Positions 19,818 through 31,330 of a stretch of 64,000 nucleotides of DNA are shown here, one piece after another. Source of the DNA: Leptospirillia bacterium (GTDB lineage: Bacteria; Nitrospirota; JACRHL01); assembly GCA_046754085.1 (NCBI GenBank), contig JBHHVE010000007.1, positions 26,964 through 90,963 of the forward strand. The letters run 5' to 3'. Within the stretch, counting starts at the first letter, position 1, and each line of letters starts with the position of its first letter. The notes beneath the pieces were generated by a model. It was not told the DNA's origin. It saw only the letters and a list, made by a program, of their open reading frames with translations, and did no database searches. The position numbers and the translations under genes are program-made.

Positions 19818-21586
19818 CAGGCCTTACCCTCGTTACCGGACATATCCCTGAGCGCCGTTTCACAGGCCGAACGCAGCCTCTGCCCGGCGTCCTTCATGAA
19901 TCCCTTGATCGCATCCCGGGCGCCCGGGGTGCTCACCGCGCGCAACCCAGCCACCGCCAGCAGGCTTTCGTCGTCGTCTTTCTTGCCGCCAAACCAGCCG
20001 CGCTTTTTGCGGCCGGAAAACCCGGTAAAAAACGGCACCATATCGTCGCCGCCGATCACACCGATGGCGTGGAACACCGCGCGACGCTCGGAAAGCTCCC
20101 AATCGGAAAACCCCGGATCCGCGACCAACGCCTGCAACGGTTCCAGCGCGGGGGAAAAGCGCGATGCCTCCACCACCCCCACCGCGCGTCTGCGGATGCG
20201 TACATCGGTATCGGACAAAAACGGCAATATGCTGATGTGGGCGCCGCCGGATATGGAGCAGATCGCCTCCAGCGCCGCCCGCCGCACGGACGCCTCCCCG
20301 TGGGCATGCAGGGTGCCGAAGTGGGTCACATCGGCGGGATCTCCGATCCGGGTGAGCACCTGCAGGGCGCCCTGCACCATACCCACGTCCAACTCCAGCA
20401 GCAGATTGGTCAACTCGGCATGGTCTGTCGGACAGATGCGCGCCACCGTGTCGTAGATCACCTCACGTATCGGCAGGTAGGACGAGCCGGAAATCAGCAG
20501 CAGCAGGTCCCGCGGTGAGCCCTGCTGAATCCGTGCGAAGTAGTTGGTCAGATCCGCCACGTTCTTTTCCAGCGCTTCGTCTCTGCTGGTGGCGTCCGGC
20601 CGCTCGGGCGTCTCGGACAGCAGCACTGCCATGCAGCTCTGCACAGCGTACAGGTAGGCGCCCTCCCCGAGGCTGTTCAGCACATCCTCAACGGCTTTGC
20701 GCATGCCCGGGGTCAAGTCCTCGCAGGTATCCCGTACCTCCTCGAGCGCCTCCACCTGGGAGACGACGGCAGACAAGTTGCCCTTTTCCAGAAAGGTCAG
20801 CAGCAGGCCGCTGAACAGGTCGACGGTCTCGATAAAATCGGCCTCGACGCGCTCGACCAGGAGAATTTCCTTGAGCACCCCGACCACCTCGACCACCGGG
20901 TCCACCGCCTCCTCTTTGCGGAGCAGTCCCTTCAGGTACTTGCGCTCGTCATCGGTAAGGCGAAACACCCCCAGCACATCGGCGCCGTACACCACCCGCG
21001 AAGGCGTACCGTCGGGCTGCGGGGCGGCCTCTTTCCGGGCCACATCGGAGAGGTTGGTGACCTCCTCCCGCTCGGCCATGGTGGAGGTGAGTTCCCCGGC
21101 CTCGAAGTCGTCCTCGACGGCGGTCACGTCCACATGGGAACAGTCCGCATCCCAGAACAGGGTGACAATGTCGTCGTCGGAGGTAGTGGCGGCGGTACCG
21201 ATTGCAAAAATCTGAACCGCGGTGCGGGCCTCCTGTTCCGGCAGGCCGACCTTGAAGGTCACCATGCGAACGCCGTCGGCGTAGAGGCGGAACGCCAGCC
21301 CCTGCTGGGCATCATCGTCCTGGTGCAGCACCTCGTCGCCCAGGCGGATCCGGTCCTTGCCCACGGTCAGTGCGAGTTCGCCCCACTCTTCCACATAGTG
21401 CACAAAGCGGCCACCCAAATCGTGTAACGCCTTGGCATGGACCGGGTTTTTGGTGTCGTACATGCGCAGGGTCTTGATACCGCGCAACATATGGGTGACA
21501 AGCTCGCGGGCGTCGCGAATCATCCGTACGTAGTCTTCACCCGCGTCGGTGGCTTCCGTCCATTCAGTCGGGGAATTGGCGTCCAT
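19817..21586 (-). CDS. HEAT-repeat protein, translationally coupled to the HD-GYP gene
   Basis: 589 aa. C-terminal HEAT/PBS-lyase-like repeats (DTDVRIRRRAVGVVEA.., ERRAVFHAIGVIGGDD). Its stop TGA shares one nucleotide with the HD-GYP ATG (TGATG). Confidence 0.6.
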   Translation of the reverse strand: MDANSPTEWTEATDAGEDYVRMIRDARELVTHMLRGIKTLRMYDTKNPVHAKALHDLGGRFVHYVEEWGELALTVGKDRIRLGDEVLHQDDDAQQGLAFRLYADGVRMVTFKVGLPEQEARTAVQIFAIGTAATTSDDDIVTLFWDADCSHVDVTAVEDDFEAGELTSTMAEREEVTNLSDVARKEAAPQPDGTPSRVVYGADVLGVFRLTDDERKYLKGLLRKEEAVDPVVEVVGVLKEILLVERVEADFIETVDLFSGLLLTFLEKGNLSAVVSQVEALEEVRDTCEDLTPGMRKAVEDVLNSLGEGAYLYAVQSCMAVLLSETPERPDATSRDEALEKNVADLTNYFARIQQGSPRDLLLLISGSSYLPIREVIYDTVARICPTDHAELTNLLLELDVGMVQGALQVLTRIGDPADVTHFGTLHAHGEASVRRAALEAICSISGGAHISILPFLSDTDVRIRRRAVGVVEASRFSPALEPLQALVADPGFSDWELSERRAVFHAIGVIGGDDMVPFFTGFSGRKKRGWFGGKKDDDESLLAVAGLRAVSTPGARDAIKGFMKDAGQRLRSACETALRDMSGNEGKA

Positions 21587-21716
21587 TTATTCCGATTTTA
21601 ATCACTTACCCGGAGCGGCTGGCGGACGAAGTATAGAAACCCCGGCGCGCCGCCGTCAAATACACTCCAAGGTCGCGTAATGTATAGTAATCCCATCTCT
21701 TTTTTTCGTCTTTTTT

Positions 21717-22913
21717 GTGACCACTCCGATGACTGACGAATTGCCCCTTTTCTTCGATCAGATTAACGGTGCCCCGCCGCTTCCGGAGGTGGTGACCGGG
21801 ATGACCCCCTGGATCGCTCTTTCGGCCAACCCGCAGGCCGACCACCAGTACGGTCGCCGCGCCCACACCGCCATGGAAGAGGCCCGCGCCCGGGTCGCGC
21901 TCCTGATCGGCGCCCGACCTGAACAGGTTCTTTTCGGCGCCAGCGGCACCGAAGTAAACAATCTGGCGATTAAAGGCACACTCAAGGCCAACCGCAAGAA
22001 AGGCCGGCGCATCGTGCTCTCCGCCGTGGAGCATCCCAGCGTGGAGCGTGCATGCCGCCGCATGACCGAGGCTCCGGGGGATGGCTACGACACCGTCATC
22101 GTCGGTGTCGACCGGGACGGTCGGGTGGATCCGGACAACCTGATGGCGGCAGTGACCGATGACACCGCGATGGTCTGCCTGCAACTGGCCAACCCGGAGG
22201 TGGGAACCGTTCAGCCGGTGGCGGACGTGGCCCGGTTCCTGTCCGGCCATCGGGCGCTTCTCATGGTGGATGCGGTGGCCGCCGCGGGCCGGATTCCGAT
22301 CGCTGTGGAAACGCTGGGGGCGGATTTGATGACCTTCTCCGCCCCCCCCATGGGAGGCCCCGCCGGAGCGGCGGCGCTGTGGGTGCGGAGGGGGGTGCGG
22401 ATACAGCCGGAAATCGACGGCGGCGTGCAGGAAGGCGGGCGGCGCGGCGGCACCGAAAACGTGGCGGCCATCGTCGGATTTGGCGTCGCCGCCGCCTGCG
22501 CCTACCAGGGCCTCACGGAACAGGGAGCACACCTCGACATGCTGGCGGACCGGCTGCGGGATGCCATCGGTTCCATCAGCGGCCTCAGCTTCACCGGACC
22601 GGATAACAAAAGACTCCCCGGCCACGTCAGCTTCCGTGTGGACGGCATCGAGGGCCAGAGCCTGCTTTTACGACTGGATCAGGCCGGTATCGCCGCCTCC
22701 TCCGGTTCGTACTGCGGGGCCAAGGCCATGAAGGCCTCGCCGGTGCTCACTGCCATGGGCTATCCCCCGGAGGCGGCACTGTCCGGGGTGGTGTTCTCCT
22801 TCGATGCGAAAATCGACGCCCGGAATGTAGACGAAGGCGCCCGACGGCTGCGAGAATGCGTGGAGAATCTCAGACGGGCATTTCCGGCGGGTACATCGGG
22901 GCCGACGGCGTAA
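21717..22913 (+). CDS. IscS/NifS-like class-V fold protein lacking the PLP-binding lysine
   Basis: Collinear with E. coli IscS as recalled: ASGTEVNNLAIKG, SAVEHPSV, RGGTEN, and the Cys loop SSGSYC. Where IscS has FSGHKIYGPKG, this protein has FSAPPMGGPAG, and DATQ is DAVA. Confidence 0.8.
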   Translation: MTTPMTDELPLFFDQINGAPPLPEVVTGMTPWIALSANPQADHQYGRRAHTAMEEARARVALLIGARPEQVLFGASGTEVNNLAIKGTLKANRKKGRRIVLSAVEHPSVERACRRMTEAPGDGYDTVIVGVDRDGRVDPDNLMAAVTDDTAMVCLQLANPEVGTVQPVADVARFLSGHRALLMVDAVAAAGRIPIAVETLGADLMTFSAPPMGGPAGAAALWVRRGVRIQPEIDGGVQEGGRRGGTENVAAIVGFGVAAACAYQGLTEQGAHLDMLADRLRDAIGSISGLSFTGPDNKRLPGHVSFRVDGIEGQSLLLRLDQAGIAASSGSYCGAKAMKASPVLTAMGYPPEAALSGVVFSFDAKIDARNVDEGARRLRECVENLRRAFPAGTSGPTA

Positions 22914-22977
22914 CCGCCACATGGGCGCCGCCCGGAATGCCGCATAGTAATTTGAATGAATGATTGGGAACCCTGCC

Positions 22978-23208
22978 ATGCAAGCCGACCTGACCCTGGA
23001 TGCCACCGGGCTATACTGCCCGATGCCGATTATCATGACCGCCAAGGAGATCAAGAAGATCGAAGTGGGGCAGATACTGGCGGTCAAGGCGGACGACGAA
23101 GGCATTCAGGCGGACCTTCCCGCATGGTGCAAAACCACCGGTAACGACCTGCTGGAGATTTCCCGGGACGGCTCGGTGTTTACCGGGTTCGTTCGCAAAA
23201 CCAAGTAA
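22978..23208 (+). CDS. tusA: TusA-family sulfur carrier
   Basis: MQADLTLDATGLYCPMPII contains the CPxP motif. An alternative ATG lies at 22960. Confidence 0.85.
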   Translation: MQADLTLDATGLYCPMPIIMTAKEIKKIEVGQILAVKADDEGIQADLPAWCKTTGNDLLEISRDGSVFTGFVRKTK

Positions 23209-23259
23209 TCGAATCAACGGCCTCTTTTTTTTTAACTGCTTTTTAAGGAGCGTACAACC

Positions 23260-23844
23260 ATGCCGCAAGTAACCTCTGCCGCCCCCGAGTTCAAAGCGCA
23301 AGCGCTGATGCCGGACAAGACCTTCAAGGAGATATCCCTCTCCGACTACCGTGGCAAGTGGGTGGTATTGTTCTTTTACCCCCTCGACTTCACCTTCGTC
23401 TGCCCCACCGAGATCATCGCGTACTCGGAAAAACAGGCGGAGTTCGAAAAGATCAATGCCCAGGCCATTGCCTGCTCGGTGGATTCGCACTACACCCATC
23501 TGGCGTGGGTCAACACCCCCCGTTCCGAGGGCGGTCTGGGCGACATGAAGATCCCCATGGTGGCCGACCTCTCCAAGCAGATCGCCGATGACTACGGCGT
23601 CAAGCTCGATGGGGGCATCGCCCTGCGCGGCACCTTCATCATCGACCCGGAGGGGATCATCCGTCACTCCACCGTGAACGACCTGCCGGTAGGCCGCAAC
23701 GTGGATGAGGCCAGCCGCATCATCCAGGCCTTCCAGTTTGTGGAAGAGCACGGCGAGGTCTGCCCCGCCGGATGGAACCCGGGCGACGACACCATGGTGC
23801 CGGATCCGGACAAGTCGAAAACCTACTTCGGCAGGCACGGCTAA
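23260..23844 (+). CDS. Typical 2-Cys peroxiredoxin (AhpC/Prx1 type)
   Basis: The peroxidatic Cys lies in [15 protein letters not shown] and the resolving Cys in [10 protein letters not shown]. Confidence 0.92.
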   Translation: MPQVTSAAPEFKAQALMPDKTFKEISLSDYRGKWVVLFFYPLDFTFVCPTEIIAYSEKQAEFEKINAQAIACSVDSHYTHLAWVNTPRSEGGLGDMKIPMVADLSKQIADDYGVKLDGGIALRGTFIIDPEGIIRHSTVNDLPVGRNVDEASRIIQAFQFVEEHGEVCPAGWNPGDDTMVPDPDKSKTYFGRHG

Positions 23845-23897
23845 CGCTTCGCCGAAACCGGAAAACGCCGTTCCGGCGGTTTCCGGACAAACCGCCG

Positions 23898-23933
23898 CCG
23901 CGGGCCGGAAACACTGAAATTTCCGGCCCGCGG
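23898..23933 (+). other. 14-bp GC-rich hairpin downstream of the peroxiredoxin gene (no U tract)
   Basis: CCGCGGGCCGGAAA-loop-TTTCCGGCCCGCGG. A second, overlapping set of hairpins lies at 23852-23886. Confidence 0.5.
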
Positions 23934-24040
23934 CACCGGCCCCACCCATCCGGGTGGCAGCCGCCCCCCGAAGTCCATACAATGGCATCGATGATTCGGC
24001 CCATCGCCGCATTCGCCCCCTTCCGCAAACGGACACCGTC

Positions 24041-24820
24041 TTGCTTCAGCTAGTCGGCGGCCACCTGCGGCAGGCCCTGTACGAGATACAGGTCGGGGCC
24101 ACCATGACCGTCGGCGCGATGCGGGCCAGCCTGCACGCCCACCGCCGCCTGCGCGACATCATCGAGCAGATGGATAACCTGGGGGCGGGATCCTTCGGCA
24201 TCGTGGCGCTCACCGGCCTGTTTTCGGGAATGGCCCTGGGACTTCAGTTCTCCGTGGAACTTGCCGTGTACGGCGCCAAGGACTACCTGGGAAAGATGGT
24301 CGCGGTCTCCATCATCCGCGAAATGGGCCCTGTGCTGACCGCCCTCATGGTGGCGGGCCGGGTCTGCTCCGGTATCGCCTCGGAGCTCGGGTCCATGCGT
24401 ATCGGCCGCCAGGTGGACGCCCTGCGGGTGATGGGCATCGACCCGGTATCGAAGCTGGTCATGCCGCGCATGCTGGCGGTGATGATCATGCTGCCGATTC
24501 TCACCATGCTGGCCGATTTTCTCGCCATCCTTGGCGGCTGGGGGGTGGGGCTGACCGTGGGCCATTTAAACAGCGCCACTTACTGGTCGGCGGTGAACCA
24601 GGGGCTGACGGTGCAGAACCTGAGCGGCGGGGTGCTCAAGCCGTTCGTGTTCGCCCTGGTGATCGGCGCCATCGGATGCACCAGCGGACTGCTTTCCGAA
24701 GGCGGCACCCGCGGCGTCGGGCGCGCCACCACCCAGGCGGTGGTGAAGGCCAGCATTCTGATCCTGATCCTGAATTTCGTGGTCGGTTACATGGTGCTTA
24801 AATTTCTGGGCTGGGCATGA
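24041..24820 (+). CDS. mlaE: Mla-type ABC transporter permease
   Basis: TTG 24041 gives about 259 aa, typical for MlaE. Motifs: EQMDNLGAGSFGIVALTGLFSGMALGLQ, REMGPVLTALMVAGR. Confidence 0.85.
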   Translation: MLQLVGGHLRQALYEIQVGATMTVGAMRASLHAHRRLRDIIEQMDNLGAGSFGIVALTGLFSGMALGLQFSVELAVYGAKDYLGKMVAVSIIREMGPVLTALMVAGRVCSGIASELGSMRIGRQVDALRVMGIDPVSKLVMPRMLAVMIMLPILTMLADFLAILGGWGVGLTVGHLNSATYWSAVNQGLTVQNLSGGVLKPFVFALVIGAIGCTSGLLSEGGTRGVGRATTQAVVKASILILILNFVVGYMVLKFLGWA

Positions 24821-25539
24821 TCCGCTTCGAGGGCATCAGCTTCTGCTACGACGACGGCACCCAGGTGCTGCGGGATGTGAACCTGACCGTGCCGGAAGGT
24901 TCCACCCTGGCGTTGCTGGGGGCCAGCGGCTCCGGCAAAAGCACCCTGCTGCACGTGCTTCTGGGCCTGCTCAAACCCCAGGCGGGTCGCGTCCTGGTAA
25001 ACAATACGGACCTGGTCCCACTGTCGGAAAAAAAGCTCGCGCCGATCCGCCAGAAGATGGGGGTGGTGTTTCAGGATGGCGCCCTGTTCGACTCCCTGAC
25101 CGTGGGGGAGAACGTCAGCTTTCTGATGCGCGAATGCATGAAGATGACCGAAGAGGAGATGGACGCGCAGGTGCTCGAACAACTCGAATACGTCGGTCTC
25201 GGGCACACCATGGACCTGATGCCGGACGAGTTGTCCGGCGGCATGAAGCGCCGGGTGGCGGTGGCCCGCGCCATGGCCGCGTTCAACCCCGCCATCATGC
25301 TCTACGACGAACCCACCAGCGGGCTCGACCCGATTACCGCCGACAACGTGTGCGACCTGATCCGGCAGGTGTCCGACGGCAAGGACCTGACCTCCATCAT
25401 CGTCACCCACCGGCTGCGGGATGCCTTCAAGGTGGCCGACCATATTGCCGTGTTCAAGGACGGACGCATCCACCTGGAGGGGGACAAACAAACCCTGTTC
25501 GACTCGGACGACCCGTATATCCAGCGTTTTATGGCATAG
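24817..25539 (+). CDS. mlaF: Mla-type ABC transporter ATP-binding protein
   Basis: Walker [10 protein letters not shown], signature [14 protein letters not shown], Walker [12 protein letters not shown]. Overlaps mlaE by 4 nt. Confidence 0.9.
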   Translation: MIRFEGISFCYDDGTQVLRDVNLTVPEGSTLALLGASGSGKSTLLHVLLGLLKPQAGRVLVNNTDLVPLSEKKLAPIRQKMGVVFQDGALFDSLTVGENVSFLMRECMKMTEEEMDAQVLEQLEYVGLGHTMDLMPDELSGGMKRRVAVARAMAAFNPAIMLYDEPTSGLDPITADNVCDLIRQVSDGKDLTSIIVTHRLRDAFKVADHIAVFKDGRIHLEGDKQTLFDSDDPYIQRFMA

Positions 25540-25590
25540 GGTCACGATGTACACTCACACATTCCTTATTGGAGAAGGGGGCAGCGTAGG

Positions 25591-26505
25591 ATGAAGCGCA
25601 GCACCAACCTGGCCTGGTCCGAACTGAGGGTGGGGATACTGCTTCTGGCGGCCTTTCTGGTCGGCACCTCGGCAATCGTTTTCTTCTCGGGCATCCGCGA
25701 ATATTTTCGCCCCACCTTCCCGGTCCACACCTATCTGACCAAGGTATCGGGCCTGAAGCCCGGTGCGGTGGTGATGCTCTCGGGGGTGACCGTCGGCAAT
25801 GTCACCACCCTCGATCTCGCCCCGGAAAAAGATGCGGTGAAGGTTTCTATGAAGATCTACACCGCCCTCGGCGAAGCCGTGCGCGAAAACGCCACCGCCA
25901 CCCTGGGTTCCCAGGGGCTGCTGGGCGACAAGTACATCGAACTGGATCCGGGAAGCCAGGAGTTGCCGCCCATCGCGGTGGACGGCGTCATTCAGCCCAA
26001 CCTCGACGCCCTCGACATCGATCAGGTAATGGGACAGGCGGAGGACGTCACCAAAAAACTGAACGACCTGCTGGACGAGATGACCGGCCTTGCCCGTGAG
26101 ATCAGGGAGGGCGGCGGCACCGCCGGCAAGCTGCTGGCCGACTCCGGCCTCTACGACAACGCCCGCAAGGCGGCCGCCGAACTCACCGACACCGCCAAGG
26201 CCCTGAGCGAAACCGCCTCCACCTACGACAAACTGGGCGACAAGGTTGGAAAAACATTTCTGGAGGGGGACGGCACCCTCAAGCGGCTGGCCGACAATCC
26301 GGAGCCGTTCGAGAAGCTGAACGCCTCCCTGGGCCACATGGATACGGTGCTCGGCCGTCTTGAGGAAGGCGAAGGGGCGCTCGGAAAACTGCTCAACGAC
26401 CCGGAGATGGCGGACGAGATGACCGGGCTGGTACAGGACATCCGCGCCCTGGTGACCGACATCAAGGAACACCCCAAACGCTACTTCGACGTGTCGGTGT
26501 TCTAG
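25591..26505 (+). CDS. mlaD: MCE/MlaD family substrate-binding protein
   Basis: N-terminal TM segment followed by an MCE domain (VSGLKPGAVVMLSGVTVGNV). The C-terminal part is a long helical region. Confidence 0.85.
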   Translation: MKRSTNLAWSELRVGILLLAAFLVGTSAIVFFSGIREYFRPTFPVHTYLTKVSGLKPGAVVMLSGVTVGNVTTLDLAPEKDAVKVSMKIYTALGEAVRENATATLGSQGLLGDKYIELDPGSQELPPIAVDGVIQPNLDALDIDQVMGQAEDVTKKLNDLLDEMTGLAREIREGGGTAGKLLADSGLYDNARKAAAELTDTAKALSETASTYDKLGDKVGKTFLEGDGTLKRLADNPEPFEKLNASLGHMDTVLGRLEEGEGALGKLLNDPEMADEMTGLVQDIRALVTDIKEHPKRYFDVSVF

Positions 26506-26528
26506 GCTCGCCCGGAGAGGACCGCGGT

Positions 26529-27605
26529 CTAGTGCTGCTCTTCCGGACCGTGCTGGATGGTGGGCACATGATCCCAGTTGGGATCCCACGGGATGAAGTC
26601 CGGGGGCGTGTACGGCGGCTCAAACCGGTGCGCGGTGGGCACGTTGAGCGAGTCACAGTTCATACAACTGAAGAAGTATCCCATGATGTCCTGGGATACC
26701 ATCTGGGCCAGCCCGTTCGGATCTCCGGCGGCGACCGACAGGGCCAGGGAACCCTCGTTGATACTGGGATCGGTCGTCACGTTACCATTGTAGCCGCTAC
26801 CGTCGTCGTAGCCCGAAGCCACCCCGAACGCCTGCTGAAACACCTGAAGCCGTGCTTCGTACGCAGCCGTTGGCGACAATGCCACCGACTGCTCCAGACG
26901 CTGATCCACCAACGTCAGGTAATCGGCGGGATCGACACCGATCGAGCCGAGCTGGCTGCGGAAGTTCTGGATCAGGGTGGTGGCCTCGGTGGCGTCGCCC
27001 ATCTGGTTTTCGTTTCCGCCCCAGGCGGCGTTGTCGCCCTTGGAAACCACGTAGCCCACCACAACCTGGTCGATCCAGAAATCCCGTACATTGACGGCAT
27101 CGGCGATACTGGCCACGGTGGGGGCGCCCAGCGGCAGCGACGGGGCGGCGATGGCGTCGGCAATGTCGGTCCAGTTCACGCCGCTGCTGCCGTTGGTGGC
27201 CATGCCGATGCCGTTGAAATAGTAGGAATCGAGGGTCCCGTCACCGTTCTGGTCGGAGAAAATATTGTTGTTGAAGGCGGTTTCGTTGCTGGAATTCCAC
27301 CAACCGCCCGACGGCAGCGAGGATACCCGCGGGACAAACGCCCCAACATCCCATAACTCACCCGCTGAGGTGGACAGGACCGCCGCTTCACCGCGGACTG
27401 TGCAAGCGTCGGTGAGCGCGCCACCGGAGGATGTGCCGTTCAACGGCGCATTGCACTCGTTGCGCACAAAGTCCGCCACCAACGGCGCCACACTCGCCGC
27501 GTCCACATACCCCGTGGAGGTGTTGGTGGTCACGGTCTGACCGGCGAACACGGTCCCGCCGCACACGATTTCCAGTGCGGCGGCGACCAACACAGCGGAG
27601 CGCAT
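26529..27605 (-). CDS. Secreted hypothetical protein
   Basis: ATG 27605 gives MRSAVLVAAALEIVCGGTVFAGQ, which looks like a signal peptide. The protein is Gly/Ser/Asn/Asp-rich and has no motif I recognise. Confidence 0.6.
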   Translation of the reverse strand: MRSAVLVAAALEIVCGGTVFAGQTVTTNTSTGYVDAASVAPLVADFVRNECNAPLNGTSSGGALTDACTVRGEAAVLSTSAGELWDVGAFVPRVSSLPSGGWWNSSNETAFNNNIFSDQNGDGTLDSYYFNGIGMATNGSSGVNWTDIADAIAAPSLPLGAPTVASIADAVNVRDFWIDQVVVGYVVSKGDNAAWGGNENQMGDATEATTLIQNFRSQLGSIGVDPADYLTLVDQRLEQSVALSPTAAYEARLQVFQQAFGVASGYDDGSGYNGNVTTDPSINEGSLALSVAAGDPNGLAQMVSQDIMGYFFSCMNCDSLNVPTAHRFEPPYTPPDFIPWDPNWDHVPTIQHGPEEQH

Positions 27606-27949
27606 TATCGTGCCAGGGCTCCCCGAACGGGAACGCCCGGCGGAACGATGTACCGCCTCATGCTCTGTTCGATTCCCGGTCACACGCCACATACCCCGCC
27701 CCGATTTGACTGACAGCAGCTCTTACCACCAATCAGAGATGACTTCACCTATGGAAATCAGGAGGGAGATGAAAACATGCAAATAGTAAACCGTATTTTT
27801 ACCTAATCACGGAACCCGTAAACACAGTGAATTTCAAATAAAAACAGTGTGTTACGTTATATTTTTCTTGTGATTCCGGGAAGCGTCCGGGAGCCGCAAA
27901 TACACAAAGAGGGAAACGCTTTTCCCATGAAGCGGCAAAAGGCGGAACC

Positions 27950-28792
27950 TCAGGACGTGGACGCCGCCTCATCCACCGGAGGCCGTGCCGCGCGGCGGTT
28001 GTCCCACCGGATCCACAACACCACGATGGCCAGATAACCGAAGTAGGCCAGTGCCTCCATCAGGGTGGGGTTGGCGTTGTACCCCAGCATAATCGTCATC
28101 ACTGAGCCCAGGGGGCTGCGCTCGGGCAACAGGGCGCTGGTGTCCCACAGCCCGTAAACCAGGGCGGGCAGCCAGTCCACCGCCACCCACAGGCCGACCC
28201 CGTGGGCCAGCATGCCCCCGGCAAGCAGCACCAGAAGCACCGTGGTGGCGTTGAAGAAGGCGCGCAGCGGGATGCGCCGCCCGCCCTGAAACAGCATCCA
28301 GGCAATCGCCACAGCGGCGGTAAGCCCCAGAGCGGCGCCGGTGAGCACAGAGGCCAGCCGGTCGCCGCCGGTGGCCATCACCCCCCACAGAAACAGCACC
28401 GTCTCCACCCCCTCGCGGAACACCGACAGAAACGCCAGCAGCATCACGCCGAATCCGTGAGCCGCCATATGCCGGTGGACGTCGTGCTTCAGGTCGGCTT
28501 CCAGGGTGTGGCGGCTGCTGCGCAACCAGACGATCACGTAGGTGATCATGGCGGCGGCGGCGATCAGCACGGCGCCGTTCATGATTTCTTCACCCGCGCC
28601 TTCAAACAGGTCTCCCACCCGGTCGGCGCCGAAGGCGAAACCGATGCTGACCAGCACCGCGGCAGCCACGCCGTAGAGCACGTGCCGCACATGGCGGGGC
28701 TCCCCCAGCCGCACCACCACGGCGAGGATGATGCCAACGATGAGGGCGGCTTCAAAACCCTCTCGCAGCAAGATTAAAAACGCCCCTGCCAT
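27950..28792 (-). CDS. FTR1-family high-affinity iron permease
   Basis: Two REGxE motifs (LREGFEAAL, FREGVETVL) in a protein with about seven TM segments. Confidence 0.88.
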   Translation of the reverse strand: MAGAFLILLREGFEAALIVGIILAVVVRLGEPRHVRHVLYGVAAAVLVSIGFAFGADRVGDLFEGAGEEIMNGAVLIAAAAMITYVIVWLRSSRHTLEADLKHDVHRHMAAHGFGVMLLAFLSVFREGVETVLFLWGVMATGGDRLASVLTGAALGLTAAVAIAWMLFQGGRRIPLRAFFNATTVLLVLLAGGMLAHGVGLWVAVDWLPALVYGLWDTSALLPERSPLGSVMTIMLGYNANPTLMEALAYFGYLAIVVLWIRWDNRRAARPPVDEAASTS

Positions 28793-29109
28793 CCCTACCC
28801 CTTGGCGAACATTGCATCAGTGGCCGGAGGGGGCCGCCCCCCGGTTTATCTATCGGCAGAATGTGTGGGAAATCCGCACACAACCCCGACCAACGCGGAC
28901 TCCCGACGATTATCCGGGTGCCCCGCAAACAGTGTCAACGCAGGCGGGCACGGCGCGCAAAAGTCATGGGCGTGGCCGGCTGTGGATTTTATGGGGGTTG
29001 TACCCGGGTGGGCGCCCTTCGCCCTTCAACGCGCCCGGAATGACCTTCGCCGAGACTTTGCCGCGCAGACCGGGGGGCCGTCCGCGTACGCCCCCTGTGC
29101 GGGACGCGC

Positions 29110-31173
<2,064 letters not shown>

Positions 31174-31330
31174 GAAATAATCTCCTGAACAGGGGCGGTA
31201 ACGGGCGAAAACACCCCATATCTTTAGGGCACAAGCCCGATTATGGCGGCACCGGGGAGCTTGCTCAAGGGTTCGGCAATATTGACTTTTGGCTCCGCCA
31301 CGCCGTAATCTTTCCCGCTTTTCGAACACC

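Noticed and set aside
27758-27810. AGGAGG followed by mini-ORFs (5 and 9 codons) on the plus strand
   Set aside because: Too short to support as genes without expression or conservation data. Mentioned only under the AT-rich spacer finding.
27693-29109. Fur box near the FTR1 iron permease
   Set aside because: Neither the downstream AT-rich spacer nor the upstream region 28793-29109 contains a convincing GATAATGATAATCATTATC-like 19-mer by eye.
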